This document shows, piece after piece, positions 1-10,475 of a DNA stretch of 64,000 nucleotides. Source of the stretch: Tubulanus polymorphus (lineage: Eukaryota; Animalia; Nemertea); assembly GCF_964204645.1 (NCBI RefSeq), contig NC_134033.1:8130655-8194654 (forward strand), given 5' to 3'. A program made the position numbers and the translations under genes. The notes under the pieces were generated by a model, which was not told where the DNA came from, did no database searches, and saw only the letters and a program-made list of their open reading frames with translations. How positions within the stretch are numbered: position 1 is the stretch's first letter; every line of letters starts with the position of its first letter.

Positions 1-962
1 ATCACTGGTAACAGTGGTATCGGGGTAGCAGTAGTATCACCGGTCTCGGAGAGGATCGGGCAGTATCACTGGTAACAGTGGTATCGGGGTAGCAGTAGTA
101 TCACCAGTCTCCAGAAGGATCGGGCAGTATCACTGGTATCAGTGGTATCGGGGTAGCAGTAGTATCACCGGTCTCCGAGAGGATCGGACAGTATCACTGG
201 TAACAGTGGTATCGGGGTATCAGTAGTATCACCGGTCTCGGAGAGGATCGGACAGTATCACTGGTAACAGTGGTATCGGGGTAGCAGTAGTATCACCGGT
301 CTCCAGAAGGATCGGACAGTATCACTGGTAACAGTGGTATCGGGGTAGCAGTAGTATCACCGGTCTCCTGAAGGATCGGGCAGTATCACTGGTATCAGTG
401 GTATTGGGGTAGCAGTAGTATCACCGGTCTCCAGAAGGATCGGGCAGTATCACTGGTATCAGTGGTATCGGGGTAGCAGTAGGATCACCGGTCTCCTGAA
501 GGATCGGACAGTATCACTGGTAACAGTGGTATCGGGGTAGCAGTAGTATCACCGGTCTCCTGAAGGATCGGGCAGTATCACTGGTATCAGTGGTATCGGG
601 GTAGCAGTAGTATCACCGGTCTCGGAGAGGATCGGACAGTATCACTGGTAACAGTGGTATCGGGGTAGCAGTAGTATCACCGGTCTCCAGAAGGATCGGG
701 CAGTATCACTGGTAACAGTGGTATCGGGGTAGCAGTAGTATCACCGGTCTCCAGAAGGATCGGGCAGTATCACTGGTATCAGTGGTATCGGGGTATCAGT
801 AGTATCACCGGTCTCCTGAAGGATCGGACAGTATCACTGGTAACAGTGGTATCGGGGTAGCAGTAGTATCACCGGTCTCCTGAAGGATCGGACAGTATCA
901 CTGGTATCAGTGGTATTGGGGTAGCAGTAGGATCACCGGTCTGGGAGAGGATCGGGCAGTAT
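1..962 (+). repeat. 64-bp tandem satellite array (~15 units, truncated by window start)
   Basis: Unit ATCACTGGTAACAGTGGTATCGGGGTAGCAGTAGTATCACCGGTCTCnnnnAGGATCGGRCAGT recurs at 1, 65, 129, 193 etc. Confidence 0.97.
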
Positions 963-975
963 GCCATGAAGTTAT

Positions 976-1262
976 AAGCAATAGTGAACTTTTAATTCTA
1001 GATATTTAAGATTCAAGCTAGTGTAGTATATTTGAAATGTGCGATGAACTGTGTTAATTTGTAGTAATGTTTTAATTCAAAGTTTGTATGATCATGATAT
1101 CCTTAAGATGTTCCACAATAATAAATTAGATATATGTATCATAAATATGAATTAATTGACCTTAAGATTGTATCTACTTACACTACATTCAGAAGGAGGG
1201 CGATTTTTACCTACTTTGAGGAATTTGGATTTTAGGGGAATTTAACCCTGAGGATTTTTACC
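976..1262. mobile_element. Truncated right half of the MITE family seen at 2748-3412
   Basis: Direct similarity to 3056-3410 (GATGTTCCACAATAATAAA...GACCTTAAGATTGTATCTACTT...GATTTTTACCTACTTTG). Confidence 0.75.
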
Positions 1263-1991
1263 ACTAGCCGCTTTATATACCATCGTCGAACTGTCTATTT
1301 TACAGATGCACAGCCACTATTTGACCATAAGTGGCAAGAAAATTATAAGTAGAGGGAACTGTCCCAGATTACCGCGAACAGCAGAATTAACAGAACGTTT
1401 CTTTACCCTGAGCAGATATTTGCGAAATTTGATGAAAAATTTAAATTGTGGGCAATGTACATCTCTTAACAAATACATAGTAAAATACCCACGATATATA
1501 CCGTCATACTCTCTATACCGTCAAAATTTTCTTCACCGATGTGGATGGTATATCGGGGGTTGACTGTATTACAAAACAAAATAATTAATTCAAGTGATGA
1601 AAATATAATAGTAATAAAACTTGACGAGGACGTATCCAGGAAAATGCAAAATGTGATTTACTTCTTTAAAATGAAATATTACACGCTTCCGCAAATTGTT
1701 CGCAAATGTTCTACATTTGAATTATCGATCCTGTAATGGGCTCAAGTAAAATTAAACCACCTGCATATTTTAACGCTCCAAGATCTGGCTATGTGACTAC
1801 CAAAACTATGTAAGCTATCGATGCAAGCGGTGAAAAACAAAGAAGAAATAAGCCCCGGCCCTTGTTTTAATCCAATGAAAAATTCCGGTTTCAGGTAACC
1901 GGCATATTTCCATATGAAATAAAAATCAATTAAAATATTCTTCGTTTCAGTAATGATTTGAAAAGTAATGAGTAATGAATACGGTCGAAAG

Positions 1992-2649
1992 GGGGGTCAT
2001 CCCTAGATTCCCCAGGTTCTATGTTCCCCGGGCCCTATATTCCCCGGGTTCCATGTTCCCCGGGTCCTATATTCCCCGGGTTCTATATTCTCCCAAAGGA
2101 AATAATACAACGAGGGTTCCATATATTCTCCAAATAATAAAAACGTTGACCGGTGTCCATACCTATGCTTTTTAATAATAGTCCATCAATCATGTCATGT
2201 ATTTGCTAGATACTATAAATTTGATACAGACAAGGTGCTTTTATTTTTTGCAAACGCCAGAACTTAACGAGAGAAATTCGAGATGACAATTAATCGATCG
2301 ATCAGGTAATTTATTCAGTAGTTACGTCACACTGTAAAAAGGCTTTGAAACTTGCCCGGGAGATTTTTAATTGTGATTCATGTCGTTAATTTTCATTTAA
2401 TAGAATAAAGATAAAGATAAAGATACATGTAGTGCCGATTTTCAACATCAACTAATTGGCAGCCTGACGCGTTATCATGCTCTGAATTCCCGGCGCCGAA
2501 ATTGAGTGTATGTGGCCATGGGAACAAAGGACCTTTTTATACATTTTCCATAATCTTCCAGGAATATCGGATCCGGGGAATATAGAACCCCTTTTATGTT
2601 TAATCTCCCTTGGGGGAACATAGGACCCGAGGAACATAGGTATGGACCC
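1992..2649. mobile_element. MULE/Phantom-like MITE with 16-bp subterminal repeats
   Basis: TTCCCCGGGTYCTATA repeats on the left, their reverse complement on the right; flanking direct repeat GTCGAAAG (1984-1991 / 2650-2657). Confidence 0.7.
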
Positions 2650-2747
2650 GTCGAAAGCACGACTTGCGTCCAGTCTTGGAATAATAATAAGTATAGCCGC
2701 GAGTACTCCAAGTCCAGTAGAACAGCATACAATCATGTGTACACTAT

Positions 2748-3412
2748 GGTAAAAAACTTCTAGGTAGAAATCCCCAAATATTCACAGTAGGTAAAAATCC
2801 CCACTTGGTGATTTTCAAGACCATTTCAAAGCAAAATGATACTCCAATTTTATTAATTTGCGATGAGACTGAAATATGTTTGGACTGTGCAATGAAATCT
2901 TTCGTTGTGATAAATTCTTAAGTAAACTCTTAGATTTCAATAAATTGTTAGAATTAATAAGAATAATACACTTTTATTTGTAATACCTTTAAATTCGAAC
3001 CGGAATATCTTGTTAACTTGTGGTATATTTGAGCTGCGCGATGCAATGAATTTTGAGCAATAACGAACTTTTAATTCTAGATATTTTAGTTTCAAACTAG
3101 TGTAATATATTTGACAAGTGCTAAGAACCCTTTCATTAAGCTGTGTGATAACTTTTGAGTACTAATTTAGTATTAATGAATTTTTGATTTGTAGTATGTT
3201 TGAATTCAAGTAGTATATGCAATAGTTTGTATACTCATGATATCCTTATGATGTTCCACAATAATAAATAGGATATGTGTATCATAAATATGAAATACCG
3301 GTAAATATGAATTAATTGACCTTAAGATTGTATCTACTTAAACTACATTCAGAAGGAGGGGGATTTTTACCTACTTTGAAGAATTGGGGATTTTTACCAA
3401 GGGGATTTTTAC
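2748..3412. mobile_element. MITE with GGTAAAAATCCCC-type repetitive TIRs
   Basis: Left GGTAGAAATCCCCAAATATTCACAGTAGGTAAAAATCCCC is the reverse complement of right GGGGATTTTTACCTACTTTGAAGAATTGGGGATTTTTACC. Confidence 0.7.
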
Positions 3413-3724
3413 TGCACGGTAAAAGACACAGATTATCCGAGGTGATTGTGAAAAACACCAGGGAAAATTGGAAATTTTTGCAAAACTATTAACGTTTTTC
3501 AACTAAAGAATATTACAGTATTTCATTGACTTTTGCTGTGAAATAAATTTGGGGGGATTTTGGGTTTTTTTTTACCTAGGAGGGATTTTTACCTGTTACC
3601 AAATTATACTCTTCATCCATATGTGTACAGTTGCGTCCGCCTTACTCAGTGCTGGTCAACTTAGTATGACACTTAAGTTGTTGAATTTTACAAATAGGTA
3701 TTTTGATGGACCTTCTATTTACAC

Positions 3725-4462
3725 GGGATACGCCCATAATACCTCCGCCCAAAATGCCTCCGTCCAAAATCCCACACCCAGAATCCCTCCACCCAGAATA
3801 CCCTCATATGTGTCCAAAATACCTCCACCCAGAATTTAAAAAAAATACTATAATTATATTATTTAGATGTTTAAAGTACCACCAATATTGACTATTATAC
3901 AACTATCATATATAATGTATTACGGTATATATAAACCTACTGAATAATAATTGAATAACAATTAATGACAATGTTCACTTGCAATTAGTTTTGGCTGGGA
4001 ATATTAATTAGTTTATCTCATGTCTTTAATCTTATGCTAGATTTCTCTGGAAACTATTCAATATTTAGATTATAGAATATTAATTAGTCCTATAATCTAA
4101 GAAAACAATGTACTACATTTCGCTTTACACACTGAATTCAGTTCATTTCCATTTAAGTGCAACTATGATCACTGAAATTAACATTATACTTTGTTTTGCT
4201 CAATTAACTACTTTTAAACTATAGAACTTTGGTTTATTTGAGTATTGCCTGTAAATTAAAACTTGGGGGGGGGGGACAAAATATTCATTCTAAAAAATTA
4301 TATTTCTAATAGGTTCAAATTTTTGTCCTTCAGGCATAAACCCATTAGATCTAGGGCCTGGAGGTATTTTGGACACATATGAGGGTATTCTGGGTGGAGG
4401 GATTCTGGGTGTGGGATATTTGGGTGGAGGTATTTTGGGCGGAGGTATTATGACCCGGATTC
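3725..4462. mobile_element. MULE-like MITE with ~105-bp repetitive TIRs
   Basis: Near-perfect inverted arms (CCAGAATACCCTCATATGTGTCCAAAATACCTCCA and its reverse complement); TSD ATTTACAC at 3717-3724 and 4463-4470. Confidence 0.85.
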
Positions 4463-5324
4463 ATTTACACAGCCGATAGTCAATTGGTGAAATATTTTCA
4501 ATACCAATGCTACTAAGGCTGAGTTGTGGTCAATGGTAGTTCATTCAATGTTATAAAAACTGTGATGATCTGATACATTACTGCGTTGTATGCTTTTGAT
4601 ATTTTTGTGTTGTATGACTTCATTGGTGATTATATTTCTCAGGTATCATTTACATTTTACTTTACATTTTATTGTATCATATATTGTACATAATAGCAAT
4701 GATTTATTCTCCATAGTCTTAATCTGCAATCTTGATATTGGTTTATTGATGCATATGTTTGTTTACAATATACTTAATTAGGCTGTTTAAAATTGAGAAA
4801 CACTAATTAGTGAGTGACTTGTGACTTAACTAATTTTTTTTAAATAAAGAAGTTTCCAGTTTCTAGGCGCCATTTTGTGGCGGTCCCTCGAGGTCCCTAT
4901 TGTTGCGATAATTTGCACTCATTTTTAAAACATAAGTTTAGATTGAATATCATATAGTTCTGCAGTCCCTTGCTCGACGAAATTAATTTATACACCATTT
5001 TTAAGGAAACGAAATGCAGATATTTGCTGGCGTTTCTTGGAATTTTTGAACGCAACAATTGAGAACACTGACGATGTGACCCCAAGGACCGCATATCTTA
5101 ACCGCGCGTAAAAGAAATCTCAACATTCATTAATTTCAAAATATCTAAGTATCTCTTAAAGCTATATTTCCAATTTTTACAGAGTTTAAAGAGGGTTATT
5201 TGCAGTTTAAGCCTGCGTTGAATATTTTTTTGAATATCTTTTCTGACGACTGATCTGTACCCGCTTGAGTTTGAGATTACCCGATAAAGTTAGATAATTT
5301 GATACGCCTTCAACAAATCTTCCA

Positions 5325-5465
5325 GGGGCCAGTTGCATAGTTATGGCTTAGACTTAAGACCAGTCTAAGACCAACTTAGTTCTATAGCCAATCTAACAAC
5401 TTGAGACCAGTCTTAAGATTTAAGACCACTTTTGGACTTAAGTCACAAACTGTGCAACTGGCCCC
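5325..5465. mobile_element. Short MITE, GGGGCCAGTTGCA TIRs (Harbinger-like)
   Basis: GGGGCCAGTTGCA...TGCAACTGGCCCC; diverged relatives near 49590-49725 and split around 32300-33290. Confidence 0.7.
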
Positions 5466-5693
5466 CGATCCTTAGCTGCTATGTACTATTCAAAGTCAAA
5501 GAACTTAGTACGGAGAGTATTACCAGGCAGTGGATACGGCGCACCAAAAAATGAAACCAAATTTTGCAACTCTGGAAAATAAATACATGTACCACCGATA
5601 AAAATTCCACTGTAATACTAGTCAAACCTCGCTACAACGAGATCTTTTATAACGAAATATCGGTTTAATCAAACGTGTCCGGCGCAAAAAAGT

Positions 5694-6858
5694 CTACTGC
5701 TACCCCGATACCACTGTTACCAGTGATACTGCCCGATCCTCTCCCAGACCGGTGATACTACTGCTACCCCAATACCACTGATACCAGTGATACTGCCCGA
5801 TCCTTCAGGAGACCGGTGATACTACTGCTACCCCGATACCACTGATACCAGTGATACTGTCCGATCCTCTCAGAGACCGATGATACTACTGCTACCCCGA
5901 TACCACTGTTACCAGTGATACTGCCCGATCCTTCTGGAGACCGGTGATACTACTGCTACCCCGATACCACTGTTACCAGTGATACTGCCCGATCCTCTCC
6001 GAGACCGGTGATACTACTGCTACCCCGATACCACTGTTACCAGTGATACTGTCCGATCCTTCAGGAGACCGGTGATACTACTGCTACCCCGATACCACTG
6101 TTACCAGTGATACTGCCCGATCCTCTCCGAGACCGGTGATACTACTGCTACCCCGATACCACTGTTACCAGTGATACTGTCCGATCCTTCAGGAGACCGG
6201 TGATACTACTGCTACCCCGATACCACTGTTACCAGTGATACTGTCCGATCCTTCTGGAGACCGGTGATACTACTGATACCCCGATACCACTGTTACCAGT
6301 GATACTGCCCGATCCTCTCCATGACCGGTGATACTACTGATACCCCGATACCACTGTTACCAGTGATACTGCCCGATCCTTCCAGAGACCGGTGATACAA
6401 CTGATACCCCGATACCACTGTTACCAGTGATACTGCCCGATCCTCTCCAAGACCGGTGATACTACTGATACCCCGATACCACTGTTACCAGTGATATTGT
6501 CCGATCCTTCTGGAGACCGATGATACTACTGATACCCCGATACCACTGTTACCAGTGATACTGCCCGATCCTCTCCAAGACCGGTGATACTACTGATACC
6601 CCGATACCACCGTTACCAGTGATACTGTCCGATCCTTCTGGAGACCGGTGATACTACTGCTACCCCGATACCACTGATACCAGTGATACTGCCCGATCCT
6701 TCTGGAGACCGGTGATACTACTGCTACCCCGATACCACTGTTACCAGTGATACTGCCCGATCCTTCTGGAGACCGGTGATACTACTGCTACCCCGATACC
6801 ACTGTTACCAGTGATACTGTCCGATCCTCTCAGAGACCGATGATACTACTGATACCAG
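5694..6858 (-). repeat. 64-bp tandem satellite array (~18 units), reverse complement of 1-962
   Basis: Unit TACCCCGATACCACTGTTACCAGTGATACTGYCCGATCCTnnnnGAGACCGGTGATACTACTGC. Confidence 0.97.
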
Positions 6859-7562
6859 TGTTGCTACGGATGCTTTCGGCCCGTGTTGTATGCGGTGGTC
6901 CTGTTCTCACTGTATTGTCCCATGGCGCCCTCTACATAGCCGCCATCTTGAAACGGTGTTCTGGTACACCACCGAACAACCAACGGAATTCACAAATACG
7001 CAAACTTGCGTATATTGGAAGTTATATGGTGGCTCCGCGGCTCGAGACAACTATTATTAGAACTGCGAGTCCCGCCGGACAATGATAGCCAGGCGATGTC
7101 GCGATAACAGCATTGATTTAACGGATGGTCCGTTTCCGATTCCGATCCGTACGTAATACCCGCCATATTGTTTTCGTTTCAATTTTCTCAGCGGAACTAT
7201 CATTTTACACCGAAGAAACGATGAATTGCGCCAACGTTTGAGCAGTTTCGGGTAAATGAGGAGCACCAATCTGTAAACCCCATAGCCATACCCTCCAGGA
7301 GCTAACTAGTTCGTCGATTGAAGTTTCCTACATTCTGAATTCGAAGTGGATATTTAACACTATAAGTATACGGCAAAGTATTTACTACTTCCGCTATTTT
7401 ACTGTGTACATACATTATTACTATAAACATATAAACAATAAAATCATTATATTGGGTTTAGGGTTAGGGTTTCAATAGGGTTAGTGTCGAGAGGGTGAGA
7501 AGAGGGTCCAGAGGGTAGGGTTCCGTTTTACCCCTAGGTCTAGGAAAGGATTAGGGGGTAAG

Positions 7563-8141
7563 TAGTCTGAATACCAGTCGTTGTTGCGGTTCCGTACAAC
7601 GTCGTCGTCTGACGCTAAAGTATCATATAGAGGTTAACTCCTGTTAATTGCAATGCAACAACTGATTTAAGTGTCAACTCAAACCTTTGTACTAAAATTA
7701 ATAAATTAGTTACCTTGTTGACTTTGAAAACTTGTTTTATAAAATTTTTTTTGATGATTTAAATCGCGAACCGGAGAATTTATTGATTTGATTTGAATTG
7801 AATTGATTGCCACTATCGGGATTTCCTATATGGACTAAATTAATAAAATGTGAAAATTCAATATGTCTCTCTAAAATTACTCTAAATGTTATTTTTTGTT
7901 GATAAAACGCATAAATTTTGGTTAATTTTAACCTTAATAATTTGAAACAAGAATAATATCTGCATTGGCACCAAGTTTAAGTTCGAATCCGTAATTTACA
8001 CTCCCATCATGCACCACGAAAAGTCGCCATATTTGTTAAAAAAGAAAGCCTCGTCCCTCAAAATGAGGGACGAAAATTAACCTTATATGAGCACTTTCGC
8101 CCTAGACGTTGTTTCAGGAACAACGGCTAGGTACTAGACTA
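7563..8141. mobile_element. TAGTCT-terminal MITE nested in the telomere-like tract of the previous element
   Basis: Imperfect ~70-bp TIRs; TSD GGGGTAAG at 7555-7562 and 8142-8149. Confidence 0.65.
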
Positions 8142-8192
8142 GGGGTAAGGTGAGGTACTATAGATAGTTAAAACATTCGATTGGTTTTCAGC

Positions 8193-8260
8193 GAGCTCGG
8201 TGGTCTAGTGGTATAACGCTGCACTAGTAATTTACTGGTCCAGGTCGGAGTCTCGTTCTA
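8193..8260 (+). pseudogene. tRNA-derived sequence (Thr-AGT-like loop), degenerate
   Basis: A-box TGGTCTAGTGG, CTAGTAA anticodon-like loop, degenerate B-box; stems do not pair properly. Confidence 0.5.
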
Positions 8261-8757
8261 TCCGCTCTATTTTCTCTAAATCTGTTCCCCACACTTTCCT
8301 TGAATTTTCTAAGTCGCGCACCTTTGTGCGCTTGCGCGGCGTAAATCAGCCGATCAGCGACGATGTACGGTAAAATATCGAAAATGAATACTCAGCCGTA
8401 TACGGTAAGATATCCACTGCCTTCTGAATTTGGATTCCATTCCACAGGGGCTTGTAGTCGTAAACTGGCTTGTTGGGATTTTTTTTCCGGCTCGTAATGT
8501 TGATAATCTCGCGAGAATGGCGCAAAATTTGAAATGCAAATAAATTCAAAATTTTACGGAAATACCTTGTGTTGATATTGTTTATTTATCCGCTATAAAG
8601 TTCGATAAACAATTGGTCGTTAAGGATCATTATCAGGCGGTCGCGATGCTGAACTAGCCTATATAAAAATAACAAGGGATGAAACGGCTTCACTTTTGCC
8701 TGTGACCGTATTGATGCGGCAGCCAAAGTGAAGCCGTTTCATCCCTTGTTATTTTAA

Positions 8758-9197
8758 GGAAGTGATTATTTAGCCGGATCCGGTCACCGACTTCTGAACG
8801 CTATTTTGCCAGATCCATATATTATGTAACAATAAAATCATTTTATTGGGTTTAGGGTTAGGGTTTGATAGGGTTAGTGTCAAGAGGGTGAGAAGAGGGT
8901 TCCGTTTCACAACTAGGGTTAGGGTAAGGTTAGGCTATATGTAGTTTAAACATTCGGGTGGTTTTCAGCGAGCTCGGTGGTCTATTGGGATAACGATGCG
9001 CTAGTAATCAACTGGCCCGGGTTTCGAGTCTCGCTCTATCCGCTCTATTTTCTCAAACTCTGTCTTCCACACTTCCTTCGAATTTTCTAAGGCATGCACC
9101 TCTGCGCATGCGCGGAGTAAATCAGCTAATTAGAGATGATATCTGGCAAAATAGTGTTCAGAAGTCGGTGACCGGATTCGGTAGAATAACTACTGCC
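8758..9197 (+). mobile_element. GGCAGT-TIR MITE carrying TTAGGG repeats and a tRNA-derived segment (copy 2)
   Basis: ~57-bp TIRs containing CCGGTCACCGACTTCTGAACRCTATTTTGCCAGAT; approximate TSD ATTTTAA/ATTTTTA. Confidence 0.8.
8970..9036 (+). pseudogene. tRNA-derived sequence, second copy
   Basis: TGGTCTATTGG A-box, CTAGTAA loop, GGTTTCGAGTC B-box-like. Confidence 0.5.
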
Positions 9198-9679
9198 ATT
9201 TTTATATAGTACAGCATCGCGACCGCCTGATAATGATCCTTAATGACCAATTGATTATCGGAACTTCATAGCAGATGACTAAACAATATCAACACCAGGT
9301 ATTTCCATGATATTTTGAATTTATTTGCATTTCAAATTTAGCGCCATTCTCGCGAGATTATCAACAACCCGGTAATAAAATCCAAGCCAGTTTACCAGCT
9401 CCCGTGTCCATTCTAAACAAATTGTACTTATTCAGAACAGGATCCGGTCATTTTCCCGGTTTCCCAACAACTGGCACAAAGGGCACTTGAATATATGGCC
9501 ATGGGCTTTGATACTGGAAAAATAATTGATAATGTCAGTGTCAGACTATTGCATCCTCGCTTGCCAGGGGTCTGGTATTGCTTCCACCAGCCCCCTGGCC
9601 TCACGAAGCGTGATTTCATTACTGGCGCTGTTGTGCATGGCATCGTATATCGATTTGCGAAATACTTCCTTGTTCGGTA

Positions 9680-9860
9680 AAACGTTCGCTGATTGGTCCA
9701 TTTAACGGGAGAACCAGCAGAAGCCTTATGTCGTTTGTTACAAGCGCTGTGATTGGTACGACCGGATTCTGGTCGGCTAGTAACGACTCCAACTACTCGT
9801 GAGGCCAATGGGTTCGGGGAACAGCTTTCGCGTAGTGGGTTCGAATCCTTTGACGGGTGA
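9680..9860 (+). promoter_or_regulatory. Probable EMSY promoter (three CCAAT boxes, CpG-rich)
   Basis: ATTGG at 9692 and 9752, CCAAT at 9805, ~500-600 bp upstream of the first coding exon; also a perfect B-box GGTTCGAATCC at ~9837. Confidence 0.45.
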
Positions 9861-10311
9861 AGATGGATTATTAAATTAAAAAATCACATCAAAATTCTAC
9901 TTGTACACACATCGATTTAATTTATTGATTGAGTTATTTCACAGCTGACTTGGCAGTGCTACAACAAGATATATGTATTTCTACCTGAAATCAAGCTTTG
10001 ATGTCTCACTGCTACATGTATTATTATACATTAGCATGATTTGGGTGAAATATACAACATATTTTGTCCATTAAGTACGTACAGATTTGATAGCTGCCTG
10101 CTACCTATCGTACGCACTTCGTACGATCTGATTCACAGGTCCTAGCTAGACCATGCGTACGTACTATATGGACGGCCCCAATTTCTATTTCCGAGAAGAA
10201 AGTGAATGTGATATCCTTCTTGATGCTTGTTTGATAATACTTGGATTCGGGGAACAAATAATCTTACAACTATTGTTTATGTTTTCTTTTTTTTTGTTTT
10301 TCATAGTTTGA

Positions 10312-10475
10312 ATGATGTGGCCGGTATTGTTAGATTTGACTCGTGAGGAGTCGAAACGAGTCCTCCGTCGACTCGAATTAGAAGCGTACTCGTCGATTGT
10401 GTCAGCGTTCAGGGCGCAGGGAGACCTCAATAAAGACAAGAAAAAAATCCTACTTGATTTGCAGCATGTTCTCAG
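10312..10475 (+). CDS. EMSY: EMSY coding exon 1 (ENT N-term)
   Basis: MMWPVLLDLTREESKRVLRRLELEAYSSIVSAFRAQGDLNKDKK; acceptor TTTTCATAG before, AG|GTATAC donor. Confidence 0.93.

Larger units (their letters stand above)
7341..8421 (+). mobile_element. GGCAGT-TIR MITE carrying TTAGGG repeats and a tRNA-derived segment (copy 1, interrupted)
   Basis: Degenerate TIRs (AGTGGATAT...GTATACGGC / GCCGTATACGGTAAGATATCCACTGCC); interior collinear with 8758-9197. Confidence 0.65.
8443..9406. mobile_element. Palindromic (foldback) non-autonomous DNA transposon, P-element-like termini
   Basis: Arms ~8443-8668 and ~9198-9406 are reverse complements; internal hairpin 8666-8755; CAC...GTG ends; 7-bp TSD TCCATTC (8436-8442 / 9407-9413). 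Confidence 0.8.

Noticed and set aside
1975-3891. Pro-rich short ORFs (FPGSYIP, PRIPPPRIP)
   Set aside because: Translations of MITE subterminal repeats
1-6858. 64-bp arrays as CRISPR arrays or a coding repeat
   Set aside because: No unique spacers (only a few recurring variant bases), no cas genes, eukaryotic context, and the unit length is not a multiple of 3
7450-8935. Telomere or chromosome-fusion site
   Set aside because: Only a few degenerate TTAGGG units, at equivalent positions inside MITE copies
8193-9036. Functional tRNA-Thr genes
   Set aside because: Anticodon and acceptor stems do not pair, and both copies lie inside TIR elements
9428-9808. Divergent - strand gene at the EMSY promoter
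   Set aside because: No recognisable domain; the alternative frame containing FKCPLC is interrupted by stops, and no downstream exons were identified
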